Both the position numbers and the translations under genes were made by a program. The notes beneath the pieces are model-generated. The model was not told the DNA's origin, did no database searches, and saw only the letters and a program-made list of their open reading frames with translations. From Octopus vulgaris (lineage: Eukaryota), in assembly GCA_951406725.2 (NCBI GenBank), contig OX597814.1:142414001-142478000 (forward strand): a DNA stretch of 64,000 nucleotides. The letters run 5' to 3'. Shown here piece by piece: positions 55,801 to 64,000 of the stretch (position 1 is the stretch's first letter; every line of letters begins with the position of its first letter).

Positions 55801-56168
55801 TGGGCGCCACTGCGTGGTGCCTAGGACTCCAAACCTGCCATCAAGATGTAGGACAAGATTCTGTGATAGCCTGGGCTTCCGAGGCCCACAGCTCTTCAAT
55901 ATCCTCCCGAAGAACCTGAGAGACCTGCATGGGGTGGATACAGATGTCTTTAAAATGAAGCTGGATCTCTTCCTGTCAGGTGTCCCAGATGAACCAACTT
56001 CACGGCAGGAGGGGCAGATGAGGGCAGCTGCATCGAACTCTCTCATGCACCAAATAGCAGTTGCTAGAAAGCCTCCATGAAGTGAAACCAAGTAGCAACA
56101 CCAAATGGCGGTGCCCCAGCATGGCCACAGCTCATAGGCTGAAACTAGAATCAATCAATCAATCAATC
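52870..56168 (+). mobile_element. CR1 (Zenon-like) LINE, 5'-truncated, near-intact ORF2
   Basis: APE endonuclease (LNIRGL, LTETHL, MGDFN, TLDL, SDH) and RT (NYRPISL, DFAKAFD, GVPQG, YADD); C-terminal LYSLERRRERY; ends in (TCAA)n. Confidence 0.95.
52976..56080 (+). pseudogene. LINE ORF2 (APE endonuclease + reverse transcriptase) with two in-frame nonsense codons
   Basis: Single frame from 52976 to 56080, interrupted only by TAG at 55025-55027 and TAA at 55139-55141. Confidence 0.92.
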
Positions 56169-56179
56169 ATATATATATG

Positions 56180-56214
<35 letters not shown>

Positions 56215-56220
56215 GTATAT

Positions 56221-56252
<32 letters not shown>

Positions 56253-56273
56253 GTATATATATATGTATATATA

Positions 56274-56323
<50 letters not shown>

Positions 56324-56454
56324 TTATATATGTATATATGTATATATATATGTATATATATACATATATATATGTATATATATATATGTATATATATGTG
56401 TGTGTGTTTGTATATACATATGTATATATGTATGGTAGGTAAAACATCTCTCTC

Positions 56455-56545
<91 letters not shown>

Positions 56546-56829
56546 TAGACATTTATATTTCCATTTTAAATATGTAGTTTTAAAGGAGACACTTAAGCCT
56601 TCGGTGAAGATTGTTTTGCGTTAAAATCCATGTTAAAAAAAAAAAAAAAATACCTACGTGTTCAGTTTACTGCGTTATCGGAATTTCAGCACACCGGAGA
56701 ATCGCGCCTCAGGCCCAAAATTTATGAGTCACATACACTCAATCGAAGCAGGAGAATCTACGAAAAGGATTTTATTGCTAATTCTGATATACAAATTGTC
56801 ATGTGAAAATGTGAATGATTTATCATAAA

Positions 56830-57235
56830 TACAGCGTGGCAGTGTAGTAAGTAGTTTGCATCCTAACCACATGGTTCTGTGTTCAATGCGTGGCGGCTTG
56901 GTGTTCCATTTTAGATCCGGTTTGACCAACGTCTTGTGAGTGGATTTGGTAGAGAGCAGCTGTGTGGAATCCCGTCGTAGTTGTATTCTTTTACTTGTTC
57001 CATTCGTTTGACTGCGGCCAAGCTGGAGCACCGCCTTAAAGGATATTTTAGCCGAAGAATCAACTTCAGGATTTATTCTTTGTAAGCCTAGTAGATATTT
57101 TATCGGTCTGCTTTGGCCAACTGCTAGGTTACGACGACGTAGACACACCAGCATCGGTTGTGAAGTGATAATGTTGTAACATTCACAGACACAAAGACAT
57201 ACAGGTATAAATATATACATATGCATACATACATA

Positions 57236-57330
<95 letters not shown>

Positions 57331-57341
57331 TATATATATAA

Positions 57342-57424
<83 letters not shown>

Positions 57425-57570
57425 GCTTCTGTAGTTTCCGTCTAACATATTCACACACAAGGCTTTGGTCACCCCGAGGCTATAGAAGATACTTGCCCAA
57501 GGTGCCCGTTGTGTGACTGAAACTGAAATCATGTGGTTGGGAACCAAACTTCTTACCACACCCCAACGCT
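56830..57570. mobile_element. SINE family A pieces (head + at 56830-56975; minus-strand copy 56985-57570 with expanded TA array)
   Basis: Head and tail motifs of family A in opposite orientations. Confidence 0.75.
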
Positions 57571-57754
57571 GGCGGTTTCTGTGTGTGTGTGTGTCTGTGA
57601 GTGTAAGCATGCATATATGCTTATATGTATGTATACGTATATAGGAAAGCAACTAGATATGTGTCTCATTCTCCTCCTCTCCTTCTTCCTCACACCCTCC
57701 CTCTCTGCCTCTCTATCTCCCTATATATGTGACATATATATATGTATATATATG

Positions 57755-57794
<40 letters not shown>

Positions 57795-57802
57795 TACATA
57801 CA

Positions 57803-57833
<31 letters not shown>

Positions 57834-57894
57834 GCACGCACAAACACACACACATATGTGTGTGTATATATGTATATATATATATATATATATA

Positions 57895-58104
57895 CTCTTT
57901 TACTCTTTTACTTGTTTCAGTCATTTGACTGCGGCCATGCTGGAGCACCGCCTTTAATCGACCAACTTGACCCCGGGACTTATTCTTTTGTAAGCCCAGT
58001 ACTTATTCTATCGGTCTCTTTTCCCGAACCGCTAAGTAACGGGGACATAAAAACACCAGCATCGGTTGTCAAGCAATGCTAGGGGGACAAACACAGACAC
58101 ACAA

Positions 58105-58149
<45 letters not shown>

Positions 58150-58516
58150 CTCTTTTACTCTTTACTCTTTACTCTTTACTTGTTTCAGTCATTTGACTGC
58201 GGCCATGCTGGAGCTCCACCTTTTAGTACTTATTCTATCGGTCTCTTTTTGCCGAACCGCTAAGTGACGGGGACATAAACACACCAGCATCGGTTGTCAA
58301 GCAATGCTAGGGGGACAAACACAGACACACAAACACACATATACATATATATACGACAGGCTTCTTTCAGTTTCCGTCTACCAAATCCACTCACAAGGCA
58401 TTGGTCGGCCCGGGGCTATAGCAGAAGACACTTGCCCAAGATGCCACGCAGTGGGACTGAACCCAGAACCATGTGGTTGGTAAACAAGCTACTTACCACA
58501 CAGCCACTCCTGCGCC
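57895..58516 (-). mobile_element. SINE family A with tandemly duplicated 3' half
   Basis: Tail block at 57895-58110 is repeated at 58150-58345, followed by one head ending at 58516. Confidence 0.9.
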
Positions 58517-58780
58517 TATATATATATATTGAATTATTTTATTGTTTTTATCTTTTACCTGAAGAGTGGCTATATTTAAATTGAATTGATTTTACTGTTA
58601 TCAGTTCTTAAATATAGCCACGAAATACGTGTAGTCATTTTTCCAATTATATACGTTTTATTTGTTATTTAGTAAAATTACTTCATCAATGGTATGCGTT
58701 TTTATCTTACATTTAATTTTTTTCTAGATGGTATAATTTAAGTTTTTCATTGTTGAATTGATAAAAGGTGTTTTTTTAAA

Positions 58781-58854
<74 letters not shown>

Positions 58855-58920
58855 ATACATACATCTATATATATACATCTATATACTCATATATATCTAT
58901 ATATACATATACATGCATGG

Positions 58921-58983
<63 letters not shown>

Positions 58984-59669
58984 CAGAGGTTGGACAAAAT
59001 AATGGAAACACCTAGCATCATAATTTTGAAATATCTATAAAACTGTAAAATGTTTATAATTTTTATGTTTTTGATATATTATTAGTGCTGTTTAATATGT
59101 TTTGATAAAATTGCTGTTTCTTTTCTGATATCGTCATCAGAAGATAACTAAAATTCATTTAAATGACATGTATCGGACTTTCAAAGGTTAAATTGTTGTT
59201 ACCAAATGAAGCATTTGACCCAGACTGTCTTCTTCCAAGTGTTAAACATGGAGAAGGATCTGTGATCATCTGGGGAGGGGGGCTATATCTTGGAAATCCG
59301 CCGGTCCAATGGTTTCCCATTCATCTTATGCTTGCGGAACTGTCTCCGGAGGGAAACGCAATTTTAAGGATGATAATGCACCAATTCACACAGCTAAAGT
59401 TGTAACTGAATGGCACGAGGAACATTCTAGTGAGGTTGAACATCTTACCCCGCCATCTCAGTTCCCAAATCTCAATATTATTGAACATTTATGGTGCATT
59501 TTAGAAAAACGAGGAAGGATAAAAATACCTTTGAAAACAATTCAGACTTAGTACGAGTTCATACGTCGTAGAAATCAAGCTGAAATTACTGCCAAAGGCG
59601 GTCCTACCCCATATCAAAATACATTTGCTTGAAATTTTAAGGCGTTTCCATCATTTCGTCCAACCCCTG
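58984..59669 (+). mobile_element. Internally deleted Tc1 transposon
   Basis: TIRs CAGrGGTTGGACrAAATrATGGAAACrCC with TA TSD; transposase remnants PSVKHGEGSVIIWG, DDNAPIH, PNLNIIEHLW. Confidence 0.92.
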
Positions 59670-59679
59670 TATATATATA

Positions 59680-60995
59680 CTAGCTGGTGTACCCGGAAAT
59701 TTCCGGGGGATGTTCTATTGAAACGTTTTCTTAATCGGATATAAGAAATGAATTTCGTTATAACTGACACAAAAGGTGTATTTTCGTCACGAAAAAGTTC
59801 AAAAACCTGTCAGCTGGAGGGACAGATTGTATGTATACAAATATATGAATGAAGTGTTTGAAGAAAGTGCAATAATAACGTTCACATTCACTGGTGGTCG
59901 TTCTCAGTAACTACCTTTAGCTTACGGAGTTCTTGTTTTTATAACTATCGAAAAGCAGTCAGAATGATAGATATATTGTTGAGAACAAATGATTTCGTTG
60001 GAGTTCTGTTATCTCCATTCCAGCCCCTGGTGGCCTAGAAGAGGTTAGAAGGATCAAGTGGCAAATACATTGTTCTGCTTAGCGAAGGCATCTGCGAAAT
60101 GTATAACTGCTGTCATTCACAGGCAAACTATTGTTTTACTGTGGGGAAAAGCGCTGTTGAAGTGTTAAGTGAAATTTGGCAATCGAGGATCAAATCCACG
60201 CTATGCCTGCATGAAGCCACTACAAATACGTTACGGAATAAAAAAAATTATCTACTGTCATGGAAAAAGTGTACTTGTAAAAATGCAGAATTGTCGGAGT
60301 AATGGGCATTCAAAGAAGTATGTATGTATAGAAAAGTATGAATGAAGTCTTGAATGTCTAATATTCAAATTAAGAAAGTGTAATAATAATGTTTAGCAAT
60401 TCAAAACTGTGAGTAGCGAAATGCAGAATTAAGTTGGCTGAACGTGAGAATCAAATATTGATAGCTTCGCTAAAAACTGCAGCTGGTATAGGTTATTTCC
60501 CTTGGGTTGCTTAAATAAAATATTAATATAAAGTAGATAGAAGGATCCATTGGAGGGGCCCTATTATTGATATTTTCCAACAATCTAAGTATGTCACGAA
60601 GTTTCCAGATATGAGTTCTACTCACGTGTCAAATAAAGTATAAAAGTGATATTGTCTGCGAAAATTAGAAATTGGACGCAAAAAAAATCAATATTCAAAG
60701 TAATCAAACATAAACAATGAAATGGGTTATTTTACTTGAGTGCTTAAAAAAATATTTTGCAGGTGCTATGGGTCATTTCCCTTGGGTGTTAAAAAAGTTA
60801 GTTATATGAGGTAGATATAAAGGTCCCTTCCAGGGCCCGTTTTATCGATTTTTTTCAACAATCTAAGTATGTCACGAGGTTTCCAGACATGAGTTCTACT
60901 CACATGCCAAGTTTCATCTAAATCAATACAATGATGTAGGAGGAGTTAGCTAACAACGCCACAAACAAACACACACCGATTTTCCACATATGGAG

Positions 60996-61005
<10 letters not shown>
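59680..61005 (-). mobile_element. Non-autonomous Helitron (family H4) with internal duplication
   Basis: CTAG|T end at 59680 and perfect palindrome CCCGGAAATTTCCGGG (59692-59707); ~140-bp internal repeat at 60490 and 60770; 5' end merges into (TA)n. Confidence 0.7.
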
Positions 61006-61048
<43 letters not shown>

Positions 61049-61081
61049 TGCATATATATATGTATATATATATATACATAT

Positions 61082-61113
<32 letters not shown>

Positions 61114-61124
61114 ATATACATACA

Positions 61125-61186
<62 letters not shown>

Positions 61187-61886
61187 TATATATATATACA
61201 AATGTACGCACGTACATATGTAATGTAAATCAAAGGAGTAAATAGTAGGTTTTGAAAATGGGTAAAAATATTGTCGACCTATAGAAAACAGCATTACGTC
61301 GCGTTGTAAATAGATGAATGAATATATTCTCCACTAATGAAGATTAATCATCAAGTATTTGAAGTAACAATTTTAAAATATCACATCAAATCCTAAAGAG
61401 GAAGATACAGTCATTCTATAAAAAATCAGGAGCAAGGCAAAGCAATTTAAGTAGGAAGTAGGGCAGCTACAAGAAATCCACTGTAAATATTTTCTGTGTA
61501 TTAAACCTAAAACATACAACATAAATAGTAAGGCCCATGAAACTGTGATCCAAAAATTTGGGGGTTGCCACGTACTGGGAAGAGATTTGGTTGTTGAAAA
61601 CGGGTAGAAGAATCTGAATTTTTATTGGTCAACTTTTATTTACTTTTACCAGCAGGGCCCTCAATGTTGGTATAAATATACCAAGCTGGGTAGCATTGGT
61701 AGAACCAAATCTGATACCCCAAAACAATGCGATTTGTCTGGTAGAAAGAAACAACGGCTATTTGCTTACCAGAATTTCAGGGTGGAATGTCTTTATCAAG
61801 ACTGCAGTACAATACAAGCAGAAACGACAATAATTTGGGTCAGAGAAGAGAATCTACGCACAGCATCTGAAATAAGTTACCCATTA

Positions 61887-62115
61887 CACTAACGCCTCGA
61901 TATACGAGTTAATTTATTCCCGGAGACCGCTCGTAAAACGATAACTTATAAAGCAGAGCAATACTTTCCTATAGTGGCAATGTTATATAGCGTAATTCGT
62001 TCCCAGAAAAATATTTTACCTATGAAATTATAATACTTGTAAATAAATGGCAATAAAACAACAGTAGAATGTAAAGAATATTTTATGTAAACTAAAAGGA
62101 ATGTCAAGATCATTT
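61887..62115. mobile_element. Tigger-like MITE left part
   Basis: TA|CACTAACGCCTCGATATACGAG terminus; homologous to 20690-20877. Confidence 0.7.
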
Positions 62116-62147
62116 AGGAGTGATTGTGTGGTAAGTAGCTTGCTTAC

Positions 62148-64000
62148 AGGTTGATTCTGCGCATGTGCAAGTCAGTGTTGTGCTTGACACCGAAGATGTA
62201 AGACGTGTTTTTGAAAGCCGTCTTAAATTGAAGACTTTTGAATACTCAGCCGTAAGGTAAGAATTTTGGGGGTCTAGTGGGGACCTGTTGTATGTTGCAA
62301 ATTATTTTTACAAGCAACAAGTCCCCACTAGGCTCTAGTCTGCCGGAGGCTGAGTGAAAATATTATTCACTTAATTGTGAAAATTATTGGTTTGGTAGGC
62401 GTATCCTGCCAAACTTTTGTTTGAAAATAGTGTTGTTCCTGTTAAGGAATACCTAGTAGAAATTTGGAATGTTTTTTAACTGTTTTACAGTTGTGTTAAA
62501 TTTTGGCCGTAACAGTGAATTAAGAATTTTTGTTTGAGAATTCTTCTTGTGAATTCTAGTGGGCGTATCTCGCAAAAAAAAAAAAAGAATAAGCCATTTG
62601 GATTACCTTTTTGGAGTATTATACAAAGGATTCCCTGCCTGTGCTATTTGTGAGATTTTTCTTTTACTTTTTCCTTCTTCTATTATTTCTTTCTTTCTAA
62701 AACATTTTGGTTCATTCTTTTCATTACTTTAATTTCAGTCCCCCCCCCATTATTTTGTTTTATTTTTATTCGGTTTAATTTTTTGGCAGACTGTCTTTTG
62801 AACTACTTTTGAACTGTTTTTTGACATGGCAGAGAAGGAACTTAAAAAGGAAAACTCTGTCTTAGAGTGGGAATTTAACCCGCCTAAGCAATGGTTAAAA
62901 GATATGGAAGAGAAGACGGTGGTACTTAGAACATATTCTAAAGTTCTTAATTCCATCACCGTCTTCCCAAAACAAGTCATAAAAAATGAACTTAAAGAAC
63001 ATTTGTCCTCTGTAAAATATATATCCCGTGGTGTCAAACATGCAACCGCATAGTTGCTGTTTGACAACGGGGAAAAAGCTCGCCAGTTTGCGAGTCAGCC
63101 TTTAGAAGGCAAGGAAATCCTGTTTCTCCCGTCATATTGTGGAAGAAAATTAATACGAGCCTGGATATGTGGGCTCCCTCCGTGCACCGAAGCGGATTGG
63201 ATTGAAGATACCATCCGACGGGGACTGGGAAATAGCGGGCCCAGGCTCTTAAATGTAAGAGTATTGCCGGCGATCGATTGGGAAAGGTCAAAAGCGATTT
63301 TGACCCTGTGGACCCCATCGGCCGCAACAGAACTGGTTTTTCCAGATTTCTTGAAAATGGCTGGCTGCAGGTATCCGGTGATACTTGAGGGACGTCCCCC
63401 AAAGTATCACTAGTGCCTGCAGCCAGGCCACATTATAAGGAACTGCCCCCAGGACCATGGTAAGGTCCTGGAACAGTCACCAGATGCCACCTCCCCTACC
63501 CGGTCAAAGGGAGAGGTGGATGTGGTCGAGAAGGCTTCAGCCTCCTCAACTCAAAAAGGATTAAAAAGGAAGAAGGCGGACAACGCCGAAGGAACCTAAG
63601 GCTTCGGGAGGCGGGGGAGAGTCTCCGGACAAAGCGGAAGGGCGCCACTCTCCCGAAGCCAGGAAGAAAAGAAAAAAAAGAAAGAAGAAGAACGGGTCAT
63701 CTCAGCAGGGAGATGATGTGCCGACTGCTTGTCCCGAAGTTGTGCCACCCACGGTGGAAGAAACCACCCCCACCCTTAAAGATGATCAATTAATTATCTT
63801 TTTCTACAAGGGCGGGGAGGTGGAAAATAGTAGAAGAACTTAAAGAAACAGTAGATATTCCCTTCACACGGGATCCCGAATGGCCTCCGCAGATAGCTGT
63901 GGAGGTCATAAGGTTTCCCTTGTGGGAAAGGCTTAAAGGATTTGGGGAGGAGTGTCGCATATGGCCGGGTGGCCCTTACACTCACATGGCCCTTACACTC
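62148..64000 (+). mobile_element. L1/Tx1-like LINE 5' UTR and decayed ORF1 (runs off window)
   Basis: ORF1 from 62826 with in-frame stops; RRM-like region; degenerate knuckle GRPPK(Y)H*CLQPGHIIRNCP; 5' AGACGTGTTTT motif. Confidence 0.7.

Overview
AT-rich, microsatellite-dense eukaryotic DNA. The SINE/LINE repertoire suggests a cephalopod, probably Octopus (inference). I cannot support any host protein-coding gene, rRNA, true tRNA or CRISPR array. Most ORFs in the track are microsatellite translations. The window is a layered set of transposon relics: a near-intact CR1(-Zenon-like) LINE with only two nonsense codons (52.9-56.2 kb) whose 3' tail is shared with the commonest SINE family; six R4/Dong-like REL-endonuclease LINEs, mostly chained in (TAA)n arrays; RTE fragments; an L1/Tx1-like 5' end and ORF1; an internally deleted Mag-like Gypsy element splitting a Penelope-like RT; five non-autonomous Helitrons; two Mutator/foldback-like elements; Tc1 and Tigger relics; a MITE with an 8-bp TSD; three SINE families; and Penelope-type minimal hammerhead motifs. 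The most unusual signals are RNA-structural: a 28-bp tandem PBS/hairpin array at both LTR ends of the Gypsy, a covarying 3'-UTR stem-loop in five divergent Dong-like LINEs, and a ~500-bp non-coding repeat co-oriented with the Dong chains. Coordinates of decayed elements are approximate.
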